From positions 1,302,001-1,366,000 of the forward strand of contig JAYJKW010000100.1 of assembly GCA_035084275.1 (NCBI GenBank): DNA of 64,000 nucleotides. Reading direction: 5' to 3'. The position numbers were made by a program, and so were the translations under genes. This document shows positions 47,966 through 61,749 of this stretch, one piece after another. Under the pieces are notes generated by a model. It saw only the letters and a program-made list of their open reading frames with translations, made no database searches and was not told the origin of the DNA. How positions within the stretch are numbered: the stretch's first letter is position 1; every line of letters starts with the position of its first letter. The DNA comes from Hydrolagus colliei (lineage: Eukaryota).

Positions 47966-48948
47966 ATGCCCGTGCGATCCACCACCACCACCGTCACTAC
48001 AACCACCTACTCCTCCTCCTCCTCCTTCCCCTCCACCTTCCTCGCCTCCTCCTCTCGCCAGCGCGCAGTCCTCCTGGCTCGCACCGTGGCCTGCATTCTG
48101 TCCTGCGCTGCCTTCAGCCTCTCCCTTGACCGCGGTCTGGCGAGGCAGCCCGGGGGCGTTTCCATCTGGTGTTTGTTCTCCTGGGGCTGGTCGATCTGCC
48201 TCTCCCTCCTCTTCCTGGTGTGTGGGCTGCCCTCCCTCACCCCCCAGGCCTCCTCCGCCAGCCCCTGCCCGTCCTCCCCGCGGGGGTGGGGATGTAACGG
48301 GAACCTGCCCGCGGCCGCGCCCTCCTGTGCCTCTCGGCCTCCGCCGCCTTCCCCGCGCACTTCCTGGTTTCCTTCCCGGCCTGGGAGGGGGGCTGGATCA
48401 CGGCCCTCTCGTGTCTGGCCTGCGCGGCCTTCTGCGCGTATGTCTGGCTGCTGCGCGCGGCTCCCGGGCAGCCCGGTGCGTACATGTCCACCGTGCCCGG
48501 CTGGCTGAAAGTCTGCCAGACCTTCCTGGGCTGCGCGCTGCTGGCGTTCGCCTCCGGCCTGCGTTACCGGGGCCGCGCGGCGCTGAGCTGGTGTGTGGCC
48601 GTGTACGCGCTCTGCCTCCTGGCCTCCCTGGTCGCGACCTTGTGGTCGTCCTGCGTCTCCCTCCGCCCGCGTCCCCCGGAGAAGTGCCTGTCTCTCACCG
48701 CGATCCTGTGCTGCGCCATGTACGCCACGGCTACGGTCCTCTGGCCCCTGTACTCCTTCTCGGGGGAGCTGGGAGGCCTGGGTGGGGGTCGCCCGGCTCA
48801 CTGCGGGAGGGCGAGAGGGACAGGACTTCACTGCGACTGGGATACCAGCGTCCTCGTCTCCGTCCTCACCGCCCTCAACCTCCTGCTGTATATGGGAGAT
48901 GTGGTGTACAGCTCCAGGTTCGTCTACATCACCACCCCCACCTCATAA
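47966..48948 (+). pseudogene. myadm: MYADM-like double-MARVEL protein, intronless, with one frameshift near 48300-48320 (pseudogene or sequence error)
   Basis: MPVRSTTTTVTTTT start matches the MYADM N-terminus. After a frame change: ALLCLSAS...YMSTVPGWLKV...WCVAVYA...LWPLY...LTALNLLLY, matching MYADM; TAA at 48946-48. Confidence 0.8.
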
Positions 48949-49079
48949 ACTCTCCCTCTCTCCATCCCTCATGAGTGAGCGAATGAACAAGCAAGCGAAT
49001 GCACGAATGGAGGAACGAACGAAGAAACGAACTCACTCTCAAGCGAGCGAATGAACGAACGAATGACCTCACTCACTTT

Positions 49080-52000
49080 GTGTGAGAGAAAGTGTGAGAG
49101 AGACTGAGTGTGTGAGAGAGACTGAGAGTATGTGAGAGAGAAAGTGTGAGCGAGATTGAGAGTGTGTGAGAGAGACTGAGTGTGTGAGAGACTGAGAGAC
49201 ACACGCAGAAAGAGATTGTGTGTTTGTGTGAGTGTGAGAGACAGAATGTGTGAGAGAGAAGATAGACACACAGAAAGTGTGTGTGTGTCTACGTGAGAAT
49301 GTGAGAAAGACCGTGAGAGTGTGAGAAAGACCGAGAGTGTGAGAGAGACAGAGAGAAACACAGAAAGTGTGTGTGTGTCTCTCTCTCACTCTCCCTCCAT
49401 CCCTCCCTCCCTCAATCTCAGGCTCTCACTCTTACAGACACACACACTCCCTCCCTCCCATTAGAGAGGGAGGGAGGGGGAGAGGGTGGGAGTGAGAGGG
49501 GATAGGAGGAGGGGGTGAGGGAGATAAAGTTATCTGCCAATTTATTACAGTATCATTTTGTTATTAAATCAGTTTTTTTGGATTTAAAGTGTTTACCTTG
49601 AGTTATTGTGAGAGGGAGGGAGGTGTGGTGAGAAAGCGAGAAAGAGACTGACTGAGGGATGGAGGGAGAGAGCGGGAGACAGAGAGAGGGAAGGAGAGAA
49701 AGACTGAGAGTGGGAGTGAGAGAGGGAAGGAGAGGGTGTGTGTGTGTGGGATGGAGGGAGAGAGACTAAGGAAGTGAAAGGGGGAGGAGGGGAGCGTGTG
49801 TGTGAAAGGGAGGGAGGGATGGAGTGAGAGAGAGGGAGGGAGAGAGAGAGTGAGGGAGAGAGAGAGTGAGGGAGAGAGAGAGTGAGGGAGATAAAGAGGG
49901 AGGGAGGGATGGAGAGAGACAGAGTGAATGGATTAAGATGCAATTTATACGTTGAAACGCAAAGTGTCGCTAGACTACATGACTCACACGACACACTGTG
50001 TGTCTGTGTGTGTCAGTGAGTGTGTGAGCCAATGTGTGTGTCAGTGTGTGTATGTGCGTGTCAAAGTGTGTGACTGTCTGAATCTCTAAATCTCAGTCTT
50101 TCTCGGTCTCTCACACTATCTCTTACTTTCCCAGTTCCTCTCAATCTCACACACAGACACCACACACAGTCTCTCTCACAGACACACACACAGACAGTCT
50201 CTCTCACATACACATACATACAGTCTCTCACACACACAGACAGAGAGATACACATACACATGTACAGTCTCTCTCTTTCACACACACACAAACACACTAT
50301 CTCCCTCTCTCACACACACAGACAGAGAGACACACACATATACAGTCTATCTCACACACACAGACTCACCGAGAAGGAAACACACACCCTGACACACAGA
50401 GAGAGAGACAGACACACAGAGAGGTTGTGTGGGAGTGTCACAGGTTAATTTAGGTATTTAATTGGACGTCACAGATTTGGAACAATACAACCAAATTCGA
50501 ATAATGCCCCCATTCCTAAATGTAATCATCTCTAAAAATAAACCATCAAATGTCCTACTCTCTCCCTGAGGGAGGGTGTGTGTGTGTAGTGACTGTGTGT
50601 GTGTGTGAGAGAGAGAGAGTGTGTAGTGTGTGCGTGTGAGAGAGAGTGCGTAGTGACTGTGTGTCTGTGAGAGAGACTGAGACACAGAAAGTGTATGTGT
50701 AGTGACTGTATGTGCGTGTCTGTGCATATGAGAGAGAGACTGAGAGTGTGTGTGTAGTGACTGTGTGTGTGAGAGAGAGACTGTGTGAGTGTGCAGTGAC
50801 TGTGTGTGAGAGAGAGACTGAGACAGAGAGAGTGTATGTGTAGTGACTGTGTGTGCGTGTGTGTGCGTCTGCATGAGAGAGAGACTGAGAGATTGTGTGT
50901 AATGACTGTGTGTATGTGTGTGAGAGAGACTATGTGTGTCTGTGTCTCTTTGTCTCTATCACTCTCAGTATCTCTCACACTCTTTCCGTCTCCCACACTC
51001 CCTCACACTCTCACTCACATTCTCTCCGTTTTTCAGTCTCTCTCCCACTCACGTAGTCTTTCTCACGCTCTCTTTAAGTGTTTTTCACACTCTCTCTGTC
51101 TCTCTCTACGACCACCTTGAGAGACAGTCAGTAGGCCCCACCCTCCCTCTAGGTATACAAGGTGAGAATGTAAGCGAGACAACGAGAGAAATAGAGAGAG
51201 AGAGAGAGAGATCCAGCCTGGATAATACAGATCATGGAACATTTCCCCACTCGCTCGCTCACTCGCTCACTTTCTTAGTCTCTCTCACACTCTCTCAGTC
51301 TCTGTCACCGTCTCTCTGTCACTCTCACACTCTCTCAGTCTCCCTCACACTTTCTCCGTCTCTCTCACACTCTCTGTCTCTCTCACACTCTGTCTCTCTC
51401 ACACTCTGTCTCTCACACTCAGTCGCTCTCACACTCTATCAGTCTCTCTCACACTCTCTCAGCCTCTCTCAAACTCTCTGTCTCTCTCACACTCTCTCAG
51501 TCTCTCACACTCTCAGTCTCTCTCTCACTCTCTCAGTCTTTCTCACACTCTCACTCTCTCTCACACTTTCTCAGTCTCTCACACTCTCTCAGTCTCTATC
51601 ACACTCTCTCCGTCTCTCTCACACTCTCTCAGTCTCTCACACTTCCTCAGACACACACACACTCTCAGTCTCTCTCACACACTCAGTCTCTCACACTCTC
51701 AGTCTCTCACACTCTCATTCTCTCTCACACTCTCAGTCTCTCTCACACTCTCTCAGTCTCTCACACTCTCTTAGTCTCTCTCACACTCTCTCAGTCTCTC
51801 TCACACACTCAGTCTCTCACACTCTCAGTCTCTCACACTCTCATTCTCTCTCACACTCTCAGTCTCCCTCACACTTTCTCAGTCTCTCACACTCTCTTAG
51901 TCTCTCTCACACTCTCTCAGACTCTCTCACACTCTCAGTCTCTCACACTTTCTCAGACCCCCACACTCTTTCAGTCTCTCTCACACACTCTCAGTCTCTC

Positions 52001-52230
52001 ACACTCTCTCAGTCTCTCGCACACTCTCTCAGTCTCTCTCACACTCAGTCTCTCTCACACACTCTCAGTCTCTCTCACACTCTCTCAGTCTCTCACACTT
52101 TCTCTGTCTCTCGCACACTTTCTCAGTCGCTCTCACACTTTCTCAGATTCTCTCACCATCTCTCAGTTTCTCACACTCTCTGTCTCGCTCACACTCTCTC
52201 AGTCTCTCTCACACTCTCAGTCTCAGTTAG
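49080..52230. repeat. GA/CT/CA low-complexity tracts
   Basis: Includes a (tctctcacactctctcag)-type degenerate array at ~51280-52230. Confidence 0.85.
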
Positions 52231-52744
52231 TATACTCATAATAGTATCCTTATCAGCAAACTCGCTGTATGCTTCGAGGCATGCCTTGACATTATTAATG
52301 TGCCCACATTCACTTCAACAAACTTCAGTTTTACCGTTATGTTGAAGCATTAACAACTCATGCTGACACCTGCACTACTACCCAGCTTCAGCAAAGGTAA
52401 TTAGAGTTGAAATATCTAAAGAAAAGTTTGAACCCACACTATTGTGTTTGACAGGCGGCAGTATCTTTGAGCAAAATAGAGACATCTATCTTAAAATACT
52501 GCTACCATGGCTACACATATCCCATTAATCCACTCTCAGATTATCATATCTTGGGATTTAAAGACTCTTGTTAGAACACAGGTTTCCCAACAAACACCAT
52601 CCATCCAATTATCTATTTCATCTCTACCTTGAAACTCCATCCAGCATTTCAAAACACAATTGCGACCAAAGCAAACACATGTAATGGTCCCATTTCTAAC
52701 CTGCACCCCTGGCATGTTGATGCTCTGCCCAAAGCACTGACACA

Positions 52745-53395
52745 TCAACAACAACAACAAAAAATTACATTTATGGAGCGCCTTTCACGTCGGGATGACG
52801 TCCCATGGCGCTGAACAGGAGGCGTGTGACCCGAGCCGGGAGGGGAGTGTTTTTGAAGGGGTGAAACACGAAGGGGAGGTAAAAGAGTTCGGGGTGGAAC
52901 AAAAGGCACGATCGAAGAGGAAAGTCTTCAAACCGGCCTTGAAAGAGGAAAGGGAAGAGACGAAACGGAGGGATTGAGGGATGGCATTCGATAAGGTGGG
53001 AGCGGAGAAACTGAAGGCCCGGCCTCCGATGGTGGGGCGGTTCGGGCGGGGGGCTTGGAGCAGGCCAAGTCCTGTTGAACGGAGGGTCCGGGTGGGCGTG
53101 TAGGTGGAGAGTAGATCGGTTACGTAGGATGGGGCAAGGCCGTGTAAGGCCTTGTAGGTGAGGACGATGATCCTAAACTCGATCCTCTGGAGGATGGGGA
53201 GCCAGTGGAGACGGGCGAGGGTGGGGGTTATGTGGTCGCGGAGGCGGGTGCGGGATAGTACACGGGCTGCAGAAGTTTGGATGGCCTGCAGCCTATGAAT
53301 GGAGGAACTGGGGAGGCCGACAACGAGAGAATTTCCGTAGTCCAGTCGTGAGGTGATGTATGCATGCAACATCCGTATCAAAATGATGCTGCCTG
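52745..53395 (-). mobile_element. L2-clade LINE 3' end
   Basis: ORF2 C-terminus TSRLDYGNSL...LQAIQTSAAR...HITP.L..LHWLP...IEF...YKALHGLAP, 3' tail gtgaaaggcgct and (TTG)n end. Confidence 0.92.
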
Positions 53396-53667
53396 TTGCT
53401 CCCATTGATCCACTCTCAGATCATCCGATCTTGGGTTTTGAAGCCACTTGTTAGAACACAGGTTTCCCAACAAACAACATAATTGTTCTTTGTTATTCAT
53501 CTCTACAGATGTATTTCCCCTAACACGGGACAAATATTATTTGTGTACGAATTTGACTGCTGCTGTCCTAGTTACAGTGTCCTGGAGTCCTGCAGCTCAG
53601 TGGTTAGAGTATTTGCCTTTCAAGCTTAGAGACCGGGGTTCAATTCGCAGCAGGGGAACTCCTTAGG

Positions 53668-54030
53668 TATGAAAATAAGGATTACGAGCATGGGTAGGCC
53701 ATTCGACCCTTCGAGCCTGCTCCGCCATTCAATAAGTTCATGGCTGATCTTATTACGTAACTCTGATAACCTGCCCTATCCCTATATCCCAAATTCCCTC
53801 TATTCTTCAAAAATATTTCAGTCTCAGCCTTGAAAATGTTCAAGGACTGAGCATCTACAGCCTTCTGGGTTAGTGAATTCCATACGTTTGCTACCCTCTG
53901 AGTGAAGAAATGTTTCCTCAACTCTGTTGTAAAAGGGTGACCCTTAATTTTAAGTCTGTGAACCCTGGTTACAGATTCTCGTACGACGGGAAGCAATCCC
54001 TCAGTGTCTACTTCATCTCGGTAAAGTTTC
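53668..54030 (-). mobile_element. CR1-clade LINE 3' end
   Basis: HRLKIKGHPFTTELRKHFFTQRVANVWNSL...SLNIFK plus the 3' hairpin ggccattcgacccttcgagcctgctcc. Confidence 0.92.
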
Positions 54031-54336
54031 TTATCCTGCATACTTGGCAATAATACATGAAGAAGAAAACAATAATTCGGACACTTTGAACAACAACTGT
54101 TTGTGGTACACCACAACCCTACATCACCGCAATACTCTTTTCCCCCACCACTACAGTCCATGGCGGTCTCCAGTAGCTCTCTATCACTCAAACGATATAA
54201 TTGATGATATTCATTCTCTAACACTGGTGATTAGTCTGGTTACTCTCCTCCAGTAAAAAATATATCACTGTCAGATACACGGTCACAGCTGTGAGACCCA
54301 GCTTTGCCCGAGTGTGATTTAATTGGAATGGCATAC

Positions 54337-54400
54337 CAGGAAAACCTATGAATTCCATCACAGTATAGAACACCTTTGCTTTTTCTGTCAACCCCACCGT
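54337..54400 (-). pseudogene. Orphan copy of GPR139/142-like exon 1 with a mutated start codon
   Basis: TVGLTEKAKVFYTVMEFIGFP plus g|gtatgc donor. ATG reads ACG. The block ~54040-54640 is homologous to ~61170-61660. No exon 2 found downstream. Confidence 0.75.
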
Positions 54401-55149
54401 TCTCAAGCAGTTCTTGATACCTTCTGCTGAAGGCGGAAAACTACATCCCAACTACATCGTTGCAGAGATTCCATTCATTTTGTAGCTGTGATTCAAGTCC
54501 ACTGGGTTGTAGAATGCAGCAGCATGAAGTCACCTTCTCATCTGAAAACACCATTCCGAGGCAGCTGCTTTCACGCCATTCCCAACGCAAGAAAAGAACA
54601 ACAGCAATAAACAGAGCAACCTTGTACTGGGCTCCATCTCTGGATTTGTTGAGTTAGTGTAGATGAAAAATTTGGAAGAGGGTAGGCGTAGCAGCAGATC
54701 ATGGTGTGATGAAGCCAATTCTGAAGGACTCTTGATTTGGTTATGGGTCAGGGGCATTAGGTGGCTCACACTTGCTTGTTTAGATATCACAGCAGACTGG
54801 GGTACCGGTGGATGCATGGTATATAAAGTAGTTCATAGTTTAGTGGGTGCCAGGCAGCCAAGGCTGGAGGAGACAGTTCGTTGATCTATAAGGGCCAGCT
54901 GGGCAAGACTTCAAATGACACCAGGACAGTGGAATGGGCAATGGAGAATCATCTTTTCCAAGCAGAGAGGTTTTCCAAACCAGAGATTGATGCACACAGA
55001 ATTTTTTGAAGGAGGTAGGATGAGTTGACAATGCTGTTCAAAATGCACATGGGAAACTTGGCTTCGCAAATATAGGGATAGCGTTTAAAAGCACGGAGGT
55101 TATGTTGAATCTTCACAAATCTTCGGTTAGTCCTCAGCGGGAGTATTGT

Positions 55150-56215
55150 CACATGCGGCGATCCCCAGGGCTCTGTCCTTGGCCCCTCTGCTCTTCACCA
55201 TCTACATTCTCCCCCGGGCGACATCATCTGTAGACATGGGGTGAATTTCCACATGTGCGTGTCAATCCTCGATTCCAGGACCACTGGCGTTCTGATTGCA
55301 TGTCTGTCCGACATCGAGTCCTGGACGAGGGCAAATGTCCTACAACTCAATGTCAACAAGACAGAAACCCTGCTGATTGGCTCTTGTCAACATCAGCGTT
55401 CAAAGCTGCCCTCTCCACCTCTCGCAGCCAATCAGGAATCTGGGCGTCTTGTTGAACCCCGAACTATCCTTCCTCCCAACATCCGCACAGTCTTCCATCA
55501 CCTCCGAAATATTGCCAGACTCCGCAATACCTTACCACCCCACGTTGCCGAAACCCTCATCCATGCCTTTATCACTTCCACGCTAGACGACGGGTAATCT
55601 CTCCTCGTTGGCCTCCCCAGCACTTCCCTTCATAGGCTGCAAATCATTCAGACCTCTGCTGCTCCTGTATTCTCCCATACCAGGCTTCGTGACCACATCA
55701 CTCCTACCCTCGTTAGTCTCCACTGACTCCCCGTCACCCAGAGGATCCAATTCAAGATACTTGTACTCATTTTCAAAGCCATTCGCGGCCCTGCCCATGC
55801 CTATCTCTCTGACCTGCTGTCTCCCTATCAGCCTGCCCGCACCCTCCGTTCAGCAGACTCTGCCTGCTCTGCGTCCACCGCGCTAACTGACCAACCATCG
55901 GCGGCCGGGCTTTCAGCCTCTCTGCTTCCACTGTGGAACTCCATCACGCTGCACCACTGCCTCGCTTCCTCCTTTCCATCCTTCAAGGCCGATGCCAAGA
56001 CCTTCCTTTTCGACCGTGCCTTCGGCTGCCCCACTATCTCTTCCCCCTCTTGCACTCTCCTTCCCCTTCCCCCTAGTTCGACCCTCCCACACTCCCCACA
56101 ACCACCCTCCACCACCACCACCACCCCTCTCGTGTCCCGACCAGATTGTTCAGTGCTTTGGGAAGTCCTCCTGATGTGAAAGGCGCTATATAAGTGCAAT
56201 TGTGTTGTTCTTGTA
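55150..56215 (+). mobile_element. L2-clade LINE fragment, frameshifted
   Basis: RT remnants (ccccagggctctgtccttggccc; LQLNVNKTE.L; ETLIHAFITS) and tail gtgaaaggcgctatataagtgc. Confidence 0.9.
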
Positions 56216-58091
56216 GTGCAAAATTCTTGGCTTCGAAAGGCTGTTTCTCTGGTGGATTGATCGATAATTAGGGGACACAGTTTCTCCCTATTTACTTTAT
56301 CAAACCTTGTGCAGGCTGGGATACTTCTACTACATTGGGCCTTAAATTTCTCCGATCTATGGAAAACAAACCCAGCCTCTCCAGTCTCTCCACACAATCT
56401 AAAAACCTTATCCTTAGATTGGTTCACGTGAATATTCTTTGCACCGCCTCCAAGGCGCTGACTTCTTTCCTAAATTTGTAAAATAATCAGAAGACAGTCG
56501 AGAGGATGTTGTTAAGCCCAGAGATTTGATATGATCTGAGACTATACTGCCTGAATGTGTGCTGGAAGCAGATTGTATAGTAGCGACCAAAATGAACAAG
56601 ATAATGACTTGAATACAAAATATATGCACGGCTATAAGAGAAGTTCTTGAATTCTTTCAAAAACAAACATATACACGATAGGCAAATGTATTTCTTCTGT
56701 ACTGCAAGGTTCTACAAAAGTTGCCAAACATGACTAAACAGTTTTGAAGCCTCTTCTCCAAAATCAAGTTCCCAAAGCCAGCTATAATTTTTATTACCTT
56801 TCAGCTTTTGTTCAGCTGGATCTAGCACACCAGTCAAGGCTCTGGCTTGCAGAGTTCACTGGAGATAACTAGAAACAATAATCCACTCATTGCACCCCTG
56901 TATATGAGCCAGGCTGTCTGTTCTGTCATGTGCATTGCCCAACAAGCCTGAAGTACCCACTTGGCTCAGTACTGAAGGGCTGTGATATCAAGGAGGTAGA
57001 TTACATCTTTTGTATACAAACATCAAGTGAAAACCTTCATCAGGTATCTTTCAAATACTGAAAATTTCATAGCATGGAATGTTGTTCTGCATGCTGTCCA
57101 GAGACTTCCTCTCGACATTGTCATCTGCAGACATAAGATTAACATTCACATGTGTGTGGATGAAACCATGCTGTGAATACATGTCCGTTGATATTCTTCC
57201 AGCTTCGTTGACAAGTTTTCTGCAGCTGAATGTCAGCATCCATACTGCTTGGCTGCAGTCAATGTTTTCTTTCCTGTGGGTCTGAAATCATCAACCTTCC
57301 CGGACTCCCCCTCTAAATCACCAAACTCAAATTAAACATCAGTTTCGAAGATCAGCTTTCCTTTCTATTCCTTATCTATTCCCTGAACAGGAAAACTGTT
57401 TCCCACCTCCACCACATTGCACACCTACATGCCTACCTCACACCCACAGCAGTGAAAACCCTAATCAATGCGTTTGTCACATTTCAGCTAAACTATTCAC
57501 ATGCCCTCCTTGCTGGACTCCTCAGCTCCATCGTTTCTCACCTCATACTGGCTCGGTGTCTGGCTGTCACATCTACACGACGCTGCACTAGGTGAAGGAC
57601 GCTGCATGAATGTGTATGTTTTTGTTGCTGTTGGTTTGTCAATACGTTTTGAGATCTTTGTATCAGTATTCCTTGGCTGCCATCCACACATTCTCCCCTT
57701 CTGCACTGACCGACTCACGCTATATAGAGTAAGTCGATTTGTTCATACACTTTATGTATAACTGTTTGGAGATCTTTATTTTCCATAAACTCTTCCACAA
57801 ATCAGCATTTCCCACCAAAAGAATTACATAAAGTTAAGAGGAATTCAATGAAGCCAAAAAAGGTAAATGAATATAAAGAACACATATACAGTATTATAAA
57901 TTACATAGGAAGCATGAAGCTGATGTAAACAATTGAAATTCCAAATACAGATTGAAGATAATTCTTGAATCCAGAAATTCCATTCCACAAAACGTATGTA
58001 TGTTCGTCTATACGAATGATTATGTGCGTATGTATGTATCTGAGTGTGTATGTGTTTGTCTGTGTTGTCAAGGCAGAAATGGGCAGCAAAT

Positions 58092-58996
58092 CTAAGTGGT
58101 GTTATGCGAGTGGACCAGTAAGCGAGTGATGGGATAAGTGAAGATGAATATGAGCTGTTGCCTGAATTTGGTCTGAGTCACACCATAGATGAAAGTGTTA
58201 CAGCAGGAGCTCAGGTGCTGTAACATGTAACCCACCTCCTCAGCGATGGTGAAAGGGCTGCTGTAGTCAGCCTCCAGGATCTTGGACTCTGTCACCATCG
58301 CAAAGATGAAAGTGACCATGTAGGTGAGGCAAAGCAACACAAAGCTGCCCGAGATGGTAAAGAGCAAGATTATAGATTTCCGTCGACTCTCCATCTCCTC
58401 GTCCCTCCCTATCGCAGCCCCCCGCAGACCTTGGCGTACCCTGCTGGCCACTATCACATGCCTGATGGTCAGCGTGTTCAAGACGAGGATGAGGATGAAG
58501 GGAAGAAGTGGATTTGCAAAAATTTCGAACCAGGTAAAGAACCTCCAGAGGGGAGAGGTGTAAACAATAGGTTTGACGGAGCAGTAACTGGGCTGCCCAT
58601 TGACTACCAGCCGTGGTTCAAACATGAAGTATATGGGGATATTCTCCAAGCACAGACCTGCACAGGTTGCCCAGATCACCAGATCCGCTGTCGTCGACGT
58701 GCAGTACTTGGTTTTGAGCTTTGGGCAGCAGATAGCAGTGAAACGGTCGAAGGTGAAGGCCATGGTCAGCCAGACAGAGATATCAGTAAAAATAAAGCAA
58801 AGCATCAAGTGCAGGCGACAAATATCTGTTTGATATATGGGTGAATACGGAATGTAAATATAAATTGTCTCGTACAGGATCACATCAAAAACCATGACCA
58901 GCAGATCAGCAACAGCCATTGCGACCAGGTAGCGGGTGACGCATTTGGAGAGTCCAAACATTCCTTCCACCAGGACCACAATAGTCAATGTGATGG
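58092..58996 (-). CDS. GPR139/GPR142-like class A GPCR, exon 2
   Basis: cattcag|cc acceptor, phase 1. Contains GLSKCVTRYLVAMAVADLLV, SVWLTMAFTFDRFTAICC, RRKSIILLFTISGSF and SSCCNTFIYGVTQTKFR; no stops. Confidence 0.92.
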
Positions 58997-59089
58997 CTGA
59001 ATGAAAGGCCGAAACACAATTATACATTTCACTGGGAATGTGAGCTGCTCTGGCTTATGCTTTATTGTGACTTACAGTGTACTAGTTGA

Positions 59090-59340
59090 ATTGAGAAAAA
59101 AACGTCTTCACTCATAGGGTGGTGAGTGCATGGAATTATTTATCCGAAAGGGATGTTGATGCTGAGTCCTTAAACATATTCAAGACTGAGTTAGATAGAT
59201 TTCGCATTTATAAAGGGATAGGAGGGCATGGGGATAAGGGAGGGAGCTGGAGTTACAGTGGAATATCAGCCACGTTTGAATGGTGGGGCAGGCTTGATGG
59301 GCCAAATGGCCTACTCCTGCTCCTATTTCTTATGCTCTTA
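59090..59340 (+). mobile_element. CR1 3' fragment in the GPCR intron
   Basis: RVVSAWN.L...DAESLNIFKTELDRF; absent from the homologous position in the paralog fragment at ~61960. Confidence 0.85.
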
Positions 59341-61407
59341 TTATTCCATCGTTGTGGTGCACTCCATGTTAGTGGATGCACAGCTGTAAACAGACCATAT
59401 CTCATATCTCATTGACAAGACTTGCAGAGATAGACTGTTCATTGACATCAGAGGTACTAATTAATTCATTACGGTAAACTAAAGCCAAATCTGTTTAGGT
59501 GGGAACTGCGACAGAGAAAGATCTCAATATCAATCAATTATATTCCGGGAATTTGCACTCTCTATCAAACATCAACCCAATTGAAAGCGTCAGGTCCCTT
59601 GACCAAGTATGATTCATACTCTACAGCGAAATGGATAAGAAATCGTGTGTTTCAAGAGAGAGAGTATGTACCCCATTCTTGATAAAAACAAACTTCATTG
59701 TGTCAGTGATAAACATGTGTGGCACTCTTCAGGTTTGGGTACTCCAAAGCACTTTTCTGTTTTGCCCCAAAACAAATCCTGACATATCACTTTCAACAAC
59801 AACTTGGATTTATACAGTGCCAGATGGCATGTCAGATTGTTTCACAATAAGGGATCCCGGGGCCTAGCCAGGGGGACGGTGAAAAGTTGACCAAATGTGC
59901 GGATAAAAAGAAAAGGCTTCGGTAGTCAACTGAAAATGGGAAAAGAGGGAGCGAGTCAAAAGGTTTGAGGAAGGTAGTTCCTTAGCCATGGGATGTACCA
60001 TTAACAACTCACGTTCATATCTGCACCATCTCCCATCAAAGTCACAAACAACTTTCTCTCTCTGTTAGCAGTGTTGCTTGTGCCTCTCTGTCCTTTGGAC
60101 TTATCTGCCCCACACAACAAATTCTACCATTTTATCAAATAGTTTCATGGTAGGAGCATTTGCCGCCCAATGCAGAAGATTTATGTTTCATTCCTGAGCT
60201 GCGTGTGATGTTACGAAATTCCCTTATTTTGCACGATTCTCTGTTTACCAAGTAGCAAGTAGGAATACAGTTGTTTGGCGATTGGTGGATCGCTTTTCTG
60301 TCGATAAATTTCCCTCAAAACCTTGCTCAAGTTTCCTTGCTTCACATGGCTGATAATAATCCCTCGTAACAAACAATAACAAATTGGCCGATTAAATCGA
60401 TAGCTTTTTGTGAGGTACTGTTTTGCACGATTAGCTGCTGTGGTATATCCATCATTCTATTCATAATTCATAAGTGAATTCACGTTATATTATATTTGAG
60501 AAGCACTTTGATGCCTACAAGTTTTATGTCAAATGCAAGCATTTTTTAATAATAATGCAACATAATTATTATACATTATTACGCTGAAAATAACTTAACA
60601 ATAATAATATTGGAGAATTATTGAATAATATATGATTATTAATAAAAAATATATACTAATATATGATAATAATCTTTGCATTTGATATAGCACTTTCCAC
60701 ATCTTATCAACGTCCCAAAGCGCTTCACAGAGTATACTGTAAAGTGCATTAACTCTATATTTCTGGGTGAAATAATAGCCTTCAATAAGTATAGTCGATC
60801 TACTTGGTGACACAATCCAGCACTGTTTGTGGTACACTGCAGTAAAAATTTGGTTATCGCATTTGCCCCACAAAAATGCAGTAAGTTAATTTCATAGTTT
60901 CTTCTCTGAAGTATTTTGAGATGTCCTGAAGACACGATTACGGTACTACAATGAATGCAGGGACTACGTATCTTCATCCACTGACTCCCCACCTTCATGC
61001 ACTATAGTGTAAATACAACCACTAGCCTTCACCTCTGCTGCATTGTCCTCCTCTCAGTATATTTGATACAAAATACAATTGCATCCCCCCATCCTGCATT
61101 TGTCATCTCCCAACTGGATTACTCAACGACCCGACTCAGCGGTCTCTCCACTATCCACAAAATCCGGGTACACCAGAAAACAACAACACTACATCACTAC
61201 ACTAACCTCTGTTCCCCCACCACTACAGTCCATGGCGGGCTCCAGTGGCTATCTATCACGCAAAGGATAGAATTGCAGATCCCCATTCTGTACACTAGTG
61301 ATCAGTGTGGTTTCTCTCCTCCAGTAAATATGATATCACTCCCAGGTATACGGTCCGGGCTGTGAGACCCAGATTTGCCCGAGTGTGAGTTACTTGGAAT
61401 GGCTTAC

Positions 61408-61471
61408 CCGGAAAACCAATGAATCCCAACAGAGGATAGAACACCTTTGCTATTTCTATCAACCCCACCAT
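61408..61471 (-). CDS. GPR139/GPR142-like GPCR, exon 1
   Basis: MVGLIEIAKVFYPLLGFIGFP plus G|gtaagc, phase 1, in frame with exon 2; in-frame stop upstream of this ATG. Confidence 0.82.
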
Positions 61472-61749
61472 TCCCAAGCAGTGCTGGCTTCCTCCTGCTG
61501 AAGGCGGAAAACTACATCCCAACTACATTGTTGCTGAGCTTCATCTCCTTTTTGTAGCTGCGATTCACGTCCGCTGGGATGTAGATTGCAGAAGGAGGAA
61601 GTCACCTTCTCATCTGAAAACAACATCTAGAGGCAGCTGCGTTCACGCCATTCCCCACCCAATTCATTTTTAAAAAAAACATAAAAAAAAAACTATCAAT
61701 TGTTATTGATAGTTCTATCAATAACAATGAAGCAAAGTGTTAGTTGCAG

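Noticed and set aside
52522-53478. ~80-bp direct repeats flanking the L2 fragment
   Set aside because: Too long and too diverged for a target-site duplication; more likely an older local duplication.
56600-57300. Coding-looking unique sequence between LINE fragments (also 54660-55020)
   Set aside because: All frames I translated are interrupted by stops and no family motif was recognised.
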